Below are positions 1-9,578 of a stretch of DNA of 64,000 nucleotides, piece after piece (the stretch's first letter is position 1; each line of letters starts with the position of its first letter). The notes beneath the pieces are model-generated. The model did not search any database. It was not told the origin of the DNA and saw nothing but the letters and a program-made list of their open reading frames with translations. The position numbers and the translations under genes were made by a program. This DNA comes from Clostridia bacterium (lineage in GTDB: Bacteria; Bacillota; Clostridia; UBA1212; DUPL01), in NCBI GenBank assembly GCA_050951325.1, contig JBMNIW010000001.1, forward strand, positions 160,001 through 224,000, read 5' to 3'.

Positions 1-1529
1 CCCATATACCCTTTATTATCAAGAGTAGCATTCTTTTGCCCATCCACAAGATGAACGAGATAGTACCCCTCCTCTCCATAAGAGCTGGATGCGGACATAA
101 CTGCATTTTTTAACATGTTAGTCTTGCTATCATCCTGCTCTGCTACCTCATCCAAAGTACCTATGACATTGACTCCTTCCCTGAAGACAAACAGCGCCGC
201 TCCACCAGGTTCAAGAGTTTTTGTAAGGATGCCTTTCCTTTTGTACATACCTTTTTTGTAGTCAGCCTTTATTTCCTTTCCCGTTTCCTTTGATATCTCT
301 TTAATATAATCGATTCCGTCAATCTCAAATTTGACAGTCTGGCTGCGGAGAAAGTCCTTGTTCACAATCATCATGTAGTTTCTTTTTGTATCCCGATGTT
401 CCATGAGGGAAATGATTGAGTATGTATCCCCTATTGGCTGAATGAACAAATCCTTTGGAACCTCCTTGTAAGTCACACCATCCTGTTTCATCCCCGAATG
501 ATATATCTCCAAGGCATCCAGCTTTGCCAGATGAGAACCTATTGCATGAATTTGCTTGTTTACCTTGCATAAAGGCTCATACAAATCTGTAGGATTTCCT
601 TCATAATCCATTATTGCAAGGGATGCATTCCCTTCATTTTTGGGCGGTGTAGCCCAGCAGAAAAACTTAAGCTGCTTGAATCCATAAGCCAGTGCCGCCA
701 TCATGTTGTATCTTAGCACATCGATATCCGGTCGTCTGTAATACCCCGGAATACCCAAAGCCTGCACATAAACTGCCGTGTTAATCCCGTAATCCAGCCC
801 CACCTGCCTCATGATTTCATAATCATTAAACATGTCAGTCTCGTTGTTGCTTTTGGGATCTTCTCCAAAGGTATATACATCAAACGACAAAATATCTCTT
901 TTATCCTGTAAAAGCATGCAGTAATCTCTAAGCTGCTTTTCCCAGATCTCATACGACGGATAACCAAAATGAGGCATGAAGTTGACATCGCATATTGCAT
1001 CCGTGTCATATGTTCGCATTAGTCTGACAACCCTTGCAAAGGGGTTGGCATTCTTCGGTTCATCGTAGAGATAATATCCGCCAACCCCTGGCAGGTCCTT
1101 GTACTCATCTACAATTCCTTTTATTTCTTCATCCGTTCTGTTCAAAATGCTTTGGATTCTTGTGTCTCTTACCAATATTTTAAGTCCGTACTTGTCTGCC
1201 ACTTCCGCCGCTTTCTTGTATCTTTCCTCTGTATGCTCACTTGAAACAAAAGTCTCACTGAAATAGATATGCGTAACCAAATCAATATCAGCATCCTTCA
1301 TGTATTTCATTTGCTGTTCCATGTGCTCATCATCGTACAAAGGCACAAGGTAGGAAGTAATAATTATATTATCAAGATCCATTGCCCTTGGCCTCTCAAC
1401 ACCTTCTCTTTTACGCATAAAATCCTTCTCATACATTCTACCAATCACTCCATTTGATACAAGCAGTATTGCTGCGATAAGCAATAAAGCTGCAAATACA
1501 TACAATACTGCTTTTCCAATCGCTCTCAT
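1..1529 (-). CDS. Secreted putative glycoside hydrolase (TIM-barrel-like), partial; runs off the left edge
   Basis: Absent from the ORF track because it has no stop in the window. Manual translation from the ATG at 1529 is open to base 1: MRAIGKAVLYVFAALLLIAAILL (signal), GGYYLYDEP (clan GH-A-like acid/base motif), LSFDVYTF, LAYGFKQLKFFCW, and a discoidin-like start SASSSYGEEGYYLVHLVDG. Confidence 0.75.
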   Translation of the reverse strand, partial: MRAIGKAVLYVFAALLLIAAILLVSNGVIGRMYEKDFMRKREGVERPRAMDLDNIIITSYLVPLYDDEHMEQQMKYMKDADIDLVTHIYFSETFVSSEHTEERYKKAAEVADKYGLKILVRDTRIQSILNRTDEEIKGIVDEYKDLPGVGGYYLYDEPKNANPFARVVRLMRTYDTDAICDVNFMPHFGYPSYEIWEKQLRDYCMLLQDKRDILSFDVYTFGEDPKSNNETDMFNDYEIMRQVGLDYGINTAVYVQALGIPGYYRRPDIDVLRYNMMAALAYGFKQLKFFCWATPPKNEGNASLAIMDYEGNPTDLYEPLCKVNKQIHAIGSHLAKLDALEIYHSGMKQDGVTYKEVPKDLFIQPIGDTYSIISLMEHRDTKRNYMMIVNKDFLRSQTVKFEIDGIDYIKEISKETGKEIKADYKKGMYKRKGILTKTLEPGGAALFVFREGVNVIGTLDEVAEQDDSKTNMLKNAVMSASSSYGEEGYYLVHLVDGQKNATLDNKGYM

Positions 1530-1541
1530 CTTCAATCATCC

Positions 1542-2252
1542 TTACCACGGTTCTGACAGCGGACCATATAAATTGTTCGGCGTCTTCGTGTAATGAATTC
1601 TAAGACTAAAAGTTTTGTCTTCCCACAGCTGATCATCCTTGAAAGCCCTGTGGCTCTCATGGCCAGCAACCCTGTTGAATACACCAATAAAAGTAAAGCT
1701 CTCATCATTTAAGATATACAAGAGATACTCGCCATCTGGGAGTGGATCAAATGAAAGTTCAACATTTTCCCAGTCATTGAAGTTTACCTTTTTCTCCTCT
1801 ACCAGTGGCTCGCTTTTCAAGGTATCATCGTACGTCCCCTGCCATGCAAAAAGGTAATAGTAGATATGGTAAGGTGGATCCTTGGGAGCACCGTATGTAA
1901 CAAAGGCCACACTTAACTTGTCAAACTCTGTAGTGGCAAAGAATTGAGCTGCCATTGAACCAGTAACCTGAGTAGGATCTCCGCTATCATTTTCATCATA
2001 GAACAACGCCCAGACTTCTTCATCACTTGCAATACCTCCTGCGTACTGTCCGGTGCCAGGCGGTATTGTCTCCTTTGGTTCTTGTGTGGGTTCGGAAGTA
2101 GGTTCCTCAGTAGGTGCGGTAGTAGGCTCCTCAGTTGTAACAGGTGTAGGAGTAGCATCACCTTCCGAGGCTTTCTCAATGCAACCTACTAATAATCCTA
2201 TAGTTATTGCAAAAGTTAAAAATAACAATAAAATACATTTATTTGACATCAA
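1542..2252 (-). CDS. Lipoprotein with Pro/Thr/Glu linker and an uncharacterised beta-rich domain
   Basis: Lipobox LVGC; TPTPVTTEEPTTAPTEEPT linker; domain resembles the N-terminal module of 7080..9578. Confidence 0.8.
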   Translation of the reverse strand: MMSNKCILLLFLTFAITIGLLVGCIEKASEGDATPTPVTTEEPTTAPTEEPTSEPTQEPKETIPPGTGQYAGGIASDEEVWALFYDENDSGDPTQVTGSMAAQFFATTEFDKLSVAFVTYGAPKDPPYHIYYYLFAWQGTYDDTLKSEPLVEEKKVNFNDWENVELSFDPLPDGEYLLYILNDESFTFIGVFNRVAGHESHRAFKDDQLWEDKTFSLRIHYTKTPNNLYGPLSEPW

Positions 2253-2363
2253 ATCGCCTCCTGTATCAAGTTAATTTATTCTAGCATGTAAACTTAGTAC
2301 GAAATTAACAATCTAGTTGACTTTTTTTAACCCCTTTAATATATTTATTAACGGGGTGATTGC

Positions 2364-3440
2364 ATGATTACTGTAGATCAGTTAAAGCCATACCTGATGA
2401 AAATGACAGATGAAGAGTCTATATACAAAAAAATATATGAACTAAGGAAGGAACCAGATAAATTCAAAGAGTACATGCTCAATCTGGACAGAAAAGCCTT
2501 GCTCAATCAAGGCATATGGCTGCCGAAACCCTCAGAAGAAGCAGGAGGCTGGAATTTTCCTGAATACCTAATCAGCAACGAAACCCAAAACATTGATGTT
2601 TCCAAACACAACAGGTACAATCCACTTTTCTATCACGGTCATGATGTCTTTGAAATGATATATATATACGAAGGCAAATGCGAAAACACTGTCGAAGAAC
2701 TTCCTGGTAAGTTTGTAAAAATGAATATGGAAAAGGATGACATATGTATACTTGCACCAGGCATCAAGCACACCATGGGAGTTTACGATGATGACAGTAT
2801 TGTTATAAATATTATTATCAGGCAATCGACATTCAAAAGAATATTTTTCAACTTGCTGACACATAAAAATCCTTTGTCCTTTTTCTTTTACAACACCTTC
2901 TACTCTGACAACCCAAACAGCTACATATACTTCAAAACAAAAGATGACCAGGAACTTCACAGGGTCTTTGAAAACCTAATAGTAGAGTGCATAAACAAAA
3001 GAGAATATTTCACAGAAAACAGCGAAAACCTTCTCAGGTCCGTATTCTTCTATTTACTGCGCAACCATGCCAAGGATGCCATCTTGCCCAACTCCCCCTT
3101 TAAAGCACCAATCTTCATTTACGACATCCTTGCATTTATACAGGAACACTACAATACTGTAACACTTCGTCAGCTTTCATACAAATTCAACTATTCAGAG
3201 CAATATCTTTGCAAACTTATAAAAAAGCATACTGGTTCCACTTTCAACAGAATCCTTGAAGATATCAGGTTTGCAAAATGTGCCAGCATGTTGGAATCAT
3301 CAAATCTGCCAATATCCGAAATCAGCAAACTAGTACAACATCACCGCACAAGACTTTTAGTATGTCTCCATCTGAAACTTTTTCTTTGTCAGTCTCAACC
3401 TTGGCTTCGTAAAGACCGTCTAAATTACAGTTTTCAATAA
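2364..3440 (+). CDS. AraC-family regulator with cupin sensor domain; C-terminus apparently truncated and replaced
   Basis: Cupin motif HGHDVFEMIYIYEG and AraC HTH (YSEQYLCKLIKKHTG...ISEISKLV). The second HTH breaks off near 3335 and reads into the antisense of the neighbouring gene. Confidence 0.8.
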   Translation: MITVDQLKPYLMKMTDEESIYKKIYELRKEPDKFKEYMLNLDRKALLNQGIWLPKPSEEAGGWNFPEYLISNETQNIDVSKHNRYNPLFYHGHDVFEMIYIYEGKCENTVEELPGKFVKMNMEKDDICILAPGIKHTMGVYDDDSIVINIIIRQSTFKRIFFNLLTHKNPLSFFFYNTFYSDNPNSYIYFKTKDDQELHRVFENLIVECINKREYFTENSENLLRSVFFYLLRNHAKDAILPNSPFKAPIFIYDILAFIQEHYNTVTLRQLSYKFNYSEQYLCKLIKKHTGSTFNRILEDIRFAKCASMLESSNLPISEISKLVQHHRTRLLVCLHLKLFLCQSQPWLRKDRLNYSFQ

Positions 3441-4086
3441 ATATTTCTTTAGAAACTTCCTCTTCTATTTCAATTATTCTCTCTTGAATATCAATCTTGT
3501 ATGGAGAATCTACAAATCTAAACCCATCGATATCTACCTCATTGATTGCAGCCCAACCATTTTGAACCTCATTGTCAAGCATGGTTATTTTCACATACTT
3601 GCCATAAAAACCATCAAAACTGTCTGTTGTATTATACCCTTCATCGTTGTTGGAACGGTCCGCTATCAACACCCAATCATCTCCGTCATAACTTGCGTAT
3701 AACTCATAATAGTAAATGCGGCCAGTTTCAAGCCATGTAAAATGAGCCTTGCTTAATATGAATGGTGCACCAAAATCAAAAATCACATCGGTAGGGAATC
3801 TCTTGAAAGCCCACCTGGTATAAGGATCACCATCGACCATAAGCTCTTTCGGTCTGGGTTCAGGGCCTTCTTCATATCCTTCTACAGTTATTTCTGCTTT
3901 CTTGGCAAAATCCGGTCCATAGTACTTTTCTTTAGGTTCCGGAGTTGGCGATGGTGTTGGTGTTGGCGTACTTGCTTTTGTAGTTTCTGTCGGGACAGGC
4001 TCTTCCGGTTTTCTATCACATCCAACCATCATAATACAGCAAATATGTATGACACACATAACAAGAATAAAGATTCTTCTCCACAT
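3322..4086 (-). CDS. Lipoprotein with F5/8 type C (discoidin/CBM32-like) domain, paralogue 1
   Basis: Lipobox MVGC, PT linker, and motifs MVDGDPYTRW, YELYASYDGDDW, WAAINEV. Confidence 0.8.
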   Translation of the reverse strand: MWRRIFILVMCVIHICCIMMVGCDRKPEEPVPTETTKASTPTPTPSPTPEPKEKYYGPDFAKKAEITVEGYEEGPEPRPKELMVDGDPYTRWAFKRFPTDVIFDFGAPFILSKAHFTWLETGRIYYYELYASYDGDDWVLIADRSNNDEGYNTTDSFDGFYGKYVKITMLDNEVQNGWAAINEVDIDGFRFVDSPYKIDIQERIIEIEEEVSKEIFIENCNLDGLYEAKVETDKEKVSDGDILKVLCGDVVLVC

Positions 4087-4302
4087 TATAATTCCTCCTT
4101 TGAACCTTTTCTACGCCCAGTATATAGCTGCATATATTACTTGTCGTTTGTGTTTCGGTTGTAGGGAAAACTACTTGTGATAAAAACGGAATTGAATATA
4201 ATTTGTACGATATTTTTTAACGAATTCCGATTTATGCACGACTACACTATTTAACAGTTGATATAATTTATAAAGCAACATTAATGTGAAAGGAAAATTG
4301 TT

Positions 4303-6012
4303 ATGTGTATTGCATGGAGGTTATTACTCATATTTATTACATTGTCAATAGTTTTACTCCTCTTTGGGTGCAATAAAAAGGCAAACCAAGTATTACTGCA
4401 AAAAATAGCTGATAATGAAGTAGAATACGATGAGAATGTAGTCCCAATCAACTGGGATAATCTTGACTTGAATGTGCTGGACAGCGATATTGCAAAAGGA
4501 CTTGTTCAAGCGATAAACAACTCAAACAGATATGCAGTAAATACATGGTGGACGCAAGTTAAAAAGTTTGACAAGCAGGACGATCAAGAATACATAAGTA
4601 TCGGGGGAAAATCAGAAGCAACAATAAGAAGCATATCTGAAATGGCCAGGCTCCTTGCTGTTTCAATAAAACTAAACATATATGACGAAAGTCATACTGA
4701 AGTTCCACTTGAAGAAGCCAGAGCAATGATGCTGAAGCTGGTAAAATCCCTTGCCAAAGCACATCTTGCAAACACAGAAGGAGGCTGGGGCGACCATTGG
4801 CAAAGCGCCTTCTGGGCAGCTGACGTTGCATTTTCCGGATGGCTCTTTTGGGAGAATTTTGGTATGGAAGATCAAGAAATGATTAGAAAGGTTGTGGTGC
4901 ATGAAGCCAACCGCTTTATTTCATACGAAGTTCCCTACTACATGGACAAGGAAGGCAAAATCGTTTTCAAAGGAGACACAAAGGCTGAAGAAAATGCATG
5001 GAATGCAAACATTACTACTTTGGCCTGCGCGATGATGCCCAATCACGAAAACCACAATTTATGGATGTACAAGAACCTGGAACTGATAATATCCTCCTAT
5101 GCTTTACCGGAAGATGTCACATCAAACAAGCTGGTAAATAAGTTCAGGTTGAAGGAAATTTTAGACGGCTCAAATATAAATAGCGATGGAACGGTTGTAA
5201 ATCATAATATAGTACATCCTGACTATCAGACATCCGTGCTGACACAAAATATGACAAAAGCAGCCTATTTTGCATTTGGAGGCATGGAGGTACCGGAAGC
5301 ACTGATTTTCAATGCTGATATAATCTACAGCGCACTTATAACTCTTGACATAGGCAAGTTTAATGCGGATAAGAAAGGCAGCTACATATATGAAAGGAAT
5401 CCGGACGGAAGCGCATCTCCCGAAATAAACTATCCAACGGGAACGGATTGGGGTGTTGACAGACAGCTTAACTTCTTCACCTCGGATGTCTTTGCCCATG
5501 TATTCAATCTGGACAGGGATTGTCCTGTAAAAGCAATAGATTATGCCCATGCACGCATGCAGGTAATTTTATCAATGCAGGGACGCAGTGACACAGGACA
5601 ATATTACCAGGCAGGCGACAGCGACTCCTATGCCCTTAGAGAAGAATGGGTGGCGTTCCACTTGATTAACACTTATCTGGTTTTATGGGCTGAAAATAAC
5701 GGGCTTGTCAACATTTCGAAAGATACATTTCTAAAGCCGGCACCCTTGCGTTCTGCCCTGCCTGTTTTGCCAGAGAAAATATATGTTGGCAATGAGTTTC
5801 CTATAAGCTTTGAAGTAAACAAGGATCTGGTTGTACTGCCAAAGGATTTGAAGGTCAAATATTACAGCAGTGATGAAAGTATAGTTGTCATTAAAAATGG
5901 TGTATTCAAAGCAGTTGAAGTTGGCCAGTGTAAAATAACTGTTGTTGTGGAATATGGCAAACTTCGCACCAGTGGCACTGTAAGTGTAACCATTAACGAT
6001 TACAATTATTAG
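4303..6012 (+). CDS. Lipoprotein, helical lyase/hydrolase-like domain plus C-terminal Ig-like (Big_2) domain
   Basis: Lipobox LFGC; WGDHWQSAFW, GDTKAEENAWN and NHNIVHPDY motifs; Big_2-like tail YYSSDESIVVIKNG...GQCKITV. Confidence 0.65.
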   Translation: MCIAWRLLLIFITLSIVLLLFGCNKKANQVLLQKIADNEVEYDENVVPINWDNLDLNVLDSDIAKGLVQAINNSNRYAVNTWWTQVKKFDKQDDQEYISIGGKSEATIRSISEMARLLAVSIKLNIYDESHTEVPLEEARAMMLKLVKSLAKAHLANTEGGWGDHWQSAFWAADVAFSGWLFWENFGMEDQEMIRKVVVHEANRFISYEVPYYMDKEGKIVFKGDTKAEENAWNANITTLACAMMPNHENHNLWMYKNLELIISSYALPEDVTSNKLVNKFRLKEILDGSNINSDGTVVNHNIVHPDYQTSVLTQNMTKAAYFAFGGMEVPEALIFNADIIYSALITLDIGKFNADKKGSYIYERNPDGSASPEINYPTGTDWGVDRQLNFFTSDVFAHVFNLDRDCPVKAIDYAHARMQVILSMQGRSDTGQYYQAGDSDSYALREEWVAFHLINTYLVLWAENNGLVNISKDTFLKPAPLRSALPVLPEKIYVGNEFPISFEVNKDLVVLPKDLKVKYYSSDESIVVIKNGVFKAVEVGQCKITVVVEYGKLRTSGTVSVTINDYNY

Positions 6013-6866
6013 AATCTCGCCTTTGTCCTATAATGTTTTATCCTGTACTCGGTTGGCGTCACGCCAACCATTTTCTTAAACACATGACTAAAATACTGTG
6101 AACTGCTAAAACCTGCTTCACATGCCACTTTTACTACGGAAAGTGAGCGGTCTGCAAGAAGCTTTTTTGCAAGATTAATGCGCTGAAGAGTTATGAAATG
6201 GTTTACGTTTACGCCAAAGGCTTCCTTGAACTTCTTTCTCAAGTAGCGGGAGCTGATTCCGAATACATCACACATGTCTTCTATCACTATTTTTTCAGAC
6301 AAATGCATGTTTATATACTCAATAATGCGCTGAAGTTTCTTGTCCTTGACAGTGTCATCATGGATTTTGGTCAGGCTGATTGACAGATGGACCACAAGTT
6401 CCAGAACGTATAACATAATAAGGGAGCTTGATTCCATATTATTATTTATACGGTTTATACATCCTTTTACATCAAGGCAAGAATCAATTACTTCATACTG
6501 CTTTTTTGAATAAAGACTATTTATGAACTCATAGGATTTAGACAGTTCTTCAACATCATGCAAATCTGAAAGACTGAACTGAATTTGGGTAATGCGGCAT
6601 TTAGCTTTTTCATCTATGATAAACTTATGATTAACGCAGGGATATATAATAATCGCTTCTCCTTTGTTTACATAAACATACTTGTTGTCTGCAACAAAGT
6701 TGATAATGCAGACACCGCTATCAACGCACACTATCTCAATGTCGTCATGTTTATGGGGACCATATGTATAACCTGCAGGGAAAAGGCGTACTCCTGCAAG
6801 TTTTATTGAAGACTTTACTTCGCTTTTTTCAAGATAATATAACAACTCGCTTTCAGAATATGCCAC
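6009..6866 (-). CDS. AraC-family transcriptional regulator
   Basis: Cupin motif PHKHDDIEI; C-terminal GFSSSQYFSHVFKKMVGVTPTEYR. Confidence 0.92.
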   Translation of the reverse strand: MAYSESELLYYLEKSEVKSSIKLAGVRLFPAGYTYGPHKHDDIEIVCVDSGVCIINFVADNKYVYVNKGEAIIIYPCVNHKFIIDEKAKCRITQIQFSLSDLHDVEELSKSYEFINSLYSKKQYEVIDSCLDVKGCINRINNNMESSSLIMLYVLELVVHLSISLTKIHDDTVKDKKLQRIIEYINMHLSEKIVIEDMCDVFGISSRYLRKKFKEAFGVNVNHFITLQRINLAKKLLADRSLSVVKVACEAGFSSSQYFSHVFKKMVGVTPTEYRIKHYRTKARF

Positions 6867-7079
6867 GGCACTCCCCTCACTATATATTGCATTTTTCTAT
6901 ACTTTTGATTGTATTATACTGTCTGCAACATGCCTTTACAAGCTGCTTCGCAAGGTCTTGTATGTTTTTTGAACAGGATATTTAATAAGTTCCGAAAATT
7001 GAACGACTCTGAAAATCTTGCAAAGATATAATTGCCATCAAGAGAAGTAATGCAACCTACAAATTTATGGAGGAGTGTC

Positions 7080-9578
7080 ATGAGAAAGTTGCTGTTTTTT
7101 GTAATTGCTTCAATACTATTTTTAGTGATGCTGATGCTTGCTGCCAGCAACGAACAGACCAATATAATTTCAATCGAGCCATATTACCACAACATGTATG
7201 AAGAAAGTGGAGAATCTTATGAAGTTGCCTTAAACAACAACACGGAAGTGGCTGTTCAGTTCCACGCAACCACCTCGTTTAATGGATTTAACATATTCTT
7301 CTCTGGTGGGCTAATATCGAGAAATCCATACTTGACCGTGTCTTTGTATGAATGGAATGCAAACTATGCCAAAACCATCAAAGGCAATCCTGTGTTTACA
7401 CAGAAGTACTTTATTAACAAAAGAGGCATATGGCTGGAAGTTAACACACCCGAAACGAAAAAAGGTGAGTACCTTTTAGTTGTAAACGATGCTTATGGAG
7501 GTCTGAATGCAGAGGTGGTACTCCCTGCCACACCAAATACCATGACATATGTGGACAGAACGGAAACCTATGGCAGTCTCATGTGTACAATCAAATATAT
7601 TAACACACCTGATAAAAAACTAGGTGCAATCTCTGAAAATTACAGAGAGTACAACAATACTGCAGACACTTGGGTTTATACAGATGGCCTTGGAAGGAAA
7701 AATCCAGATTATTCAAAGGTGAGATCAAAACAAAAGGATAAGTTTGTCGGAATATTTTATCATACATGGCATGCAAAACACTCAAAAGTAAATAGCAGGA
7801 ATATTACTGAAATACTAAAGGAACATCCCGAAATCAAGAACAATTATAGCAGCCCTATATGGCCAAAGGAATCCACAAACTATTTCTGGAATGAACCCTT
7901 GTTTGGATATTACAATAACGGAGTTGACAGATGGGTACTAAGAAAGCATGCAGAAATGCTTGCAGATGCAGGAGTTGATGTGGTCATCTTCGACCAGACA
8001 AATGGCACAGACACTTTTATGGAAGCAATAATGACATTGCTTGAAGTGTTTGCCAAAGCCAGGGCTGATGGTGTCAAGGCACCCTGCATTACAGCCATGC
8101 TGCCTATGTTTGATTATGGCAATGCCGCCATCCAGCTAAGGGAGATGTATGACAAAATTTACTCAAAAGGTCTATATAAAGACCTATGGTTCTACTGGGA
8201 TGGAAAGCCTTTGATGCTGACATGGCCTGGCAATCTGAATATTAACAACCCAAAAGACAAGGAGATATTTGAGTTCTTTACATACCGTCCGATAAACCCA
8301 TCATATAGAGAGGATGACGCCCAGGCTCTGGGACCTGATGGTGAAATAACCATCAAATGGAGTCCGCCTCAAGGCGTCAGGGAGGACTATATCAACTGGA
8401 AATGGATAAGCATTTATCCTCAAGCGGTGGCTTACAGAAAGGATGGAACACCTGAACAAATGTGTGTATGCATCGCACAAAACTGGAGCAAGGAACAAGG
8501 CATAACCGCAATGAATGCAGGAGACCATGTATTCGGCCGTTCCTACTCTGATAAAAAAGGATATGACTTGAGTAAGGACGGAAAGCTTTATGGTGCAAAC
8601 TTTGCCGAACAGTTTGAATATGCTTTGAAGGTTGATCCGGACTTCATCTTCATAACCGGCTGGAATGAATGGGTGGCAGGCAGATTCCAGGAGATGTGGG
8701 GTACTGAAAATGCATTTCCTGATAACTTCAGTGACAACTACAGTAGAGATATTGAGCCATCCAAGGGAGATTTGAAGGATCACTACTACTACCAAATGGT
8801 CACGTATATTAGACGTTTCAAAGGTACGGACGGTTTTCAAAGAAGCAGCGGCAAGAAGAAAATAGACATATACTCGGATTCTGATCAATGGCACGATGTA
8901 AAACCTTGGTTTCACGCCTACGAAGGAAATACCTTTGCAAGAGAATATGACGGATACAAAGGTTTTACTTACTTTAACGATACAGGCAGAAATGATATTA
9001 TTGGCGCAAAGGTTGCTTACGATGACAACAACATATACTTCATGGTTGAAACCAGAGATGATTTAACCAGCCACACGGATAAAGCCTGGATGCGTTTGTT
9101 TATTGATGTAAATGACTCCAAAGATAATTGGGAAACATTTGAATATGTAATAAACAGAATCAATCCAAGCGACAAGAAAGCATATTTGGAAAGGTCAACG
9201 GGAGGATACAATTGGGAACTGGTTGGAGAGGTTGACTATGCCGCAAAAGGCAACAGACTGCAGATTGCGGTGCCTAAAAAACTACTTGGCATTAAGGGAG
9301 ACAAATTCGAATTCAATTTTAAATGGGCTGACAACACACAAGAAGAAGGAGATGTAATGGACTTCTATATTAGTGGAGACACTGCTCCTCTTGGCAGATT
9401 CAAATACCGTTTTGTATCAGCATCGCAAGGAAAGTGGCTCGATTTCAAAAACAGCCCCTTCCCAATAATCATAATCGCATCATTGTCTCTAATACTTCTA
9501 TTTTCTTTTGTATTTTTTGTCTGGAAGATAAGACTAAGGAAAAATATAAACAGGGGTGATACCAATGAGAGGAATTAA
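7080..9578 (+). CDS. Membrane-anchored putative glycoside hydrolase (GH99/GH71-like barrel) with accessory domains
   Basis: ATG 7080 after GGAGGAG; signal peptide; VGIFYHTW, HAEMLADAGVD and FITGWNEW motifs; C-terminal TM helix plus basic tail. Confidence 0.7.
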   Translation: MRKLLFFVIASILFLVMLMLAASNEQTNIISIEPYYHNMYEESGESYEVALNNNTEVAVQFHATTSFNGFNIFFSGGLISRNPYLTVSLYEWNANYAKTIKGNPVFTQKYFINKRGIWLEVNTPETKKGEYLLVVNDAYGGLNAEVVLPATPNTMTYVDRTETYGSLMCTIKYINTPDKKLGAISENYREYNNTADTWVYTDGLGRKNPDYSKVRSKQKDKFVGIFYHTWHAKHSKVNSRNITEILKEHPEIKNNYSSPIWPKESTNYFWNEPLFGYYNNGVDRWVLRKHAEMLADAGVDVVIFDQTNGTDTFMEAIMTLLEVFAKARADGVKAPCITAMLPMFDYGNAAIQLREMYDKIYSKGLYKDLWFYWDGKPLMLTWPGNLNINNPKDKEIFEFFTYRPINPSYREDDAQALGPDGEITIKWSPPQGVREDYINWKWISIYPQAVAYRKDGTPEQMCVCIAQNWSKEQGITAMNAGDHVFGRSYSDKKGYDLSKDGKLYGANFAEQFEYALKVDPDFIFITGWNEWVAGRFQEMWGTENAFPDNFSDNYSRDIEPSKGDLKDHYYYQMVTYIRRFKGTDGFQRSSGKKKIDIYSDSDQWHDVKPWFHAYEGNTFAREYDGYKGFTYFNDTGRNDIIGAKVAYDDNNIYFMVETRDDLTSHTDKAWMRLFIDVNDSKDNWETFEYVINRINPSDKKAYLERSTGGYNWELVGEVDYAAKGNRLQIAVPKKLLGIKGDKFEFNFKWADNTQEEGDVMDFYISGDTAPLGRFKYRFVSASQGKWLDFKNSPFPIIIIASLSLILLFSFVFFVWKIRLRKNINRGDTNERN

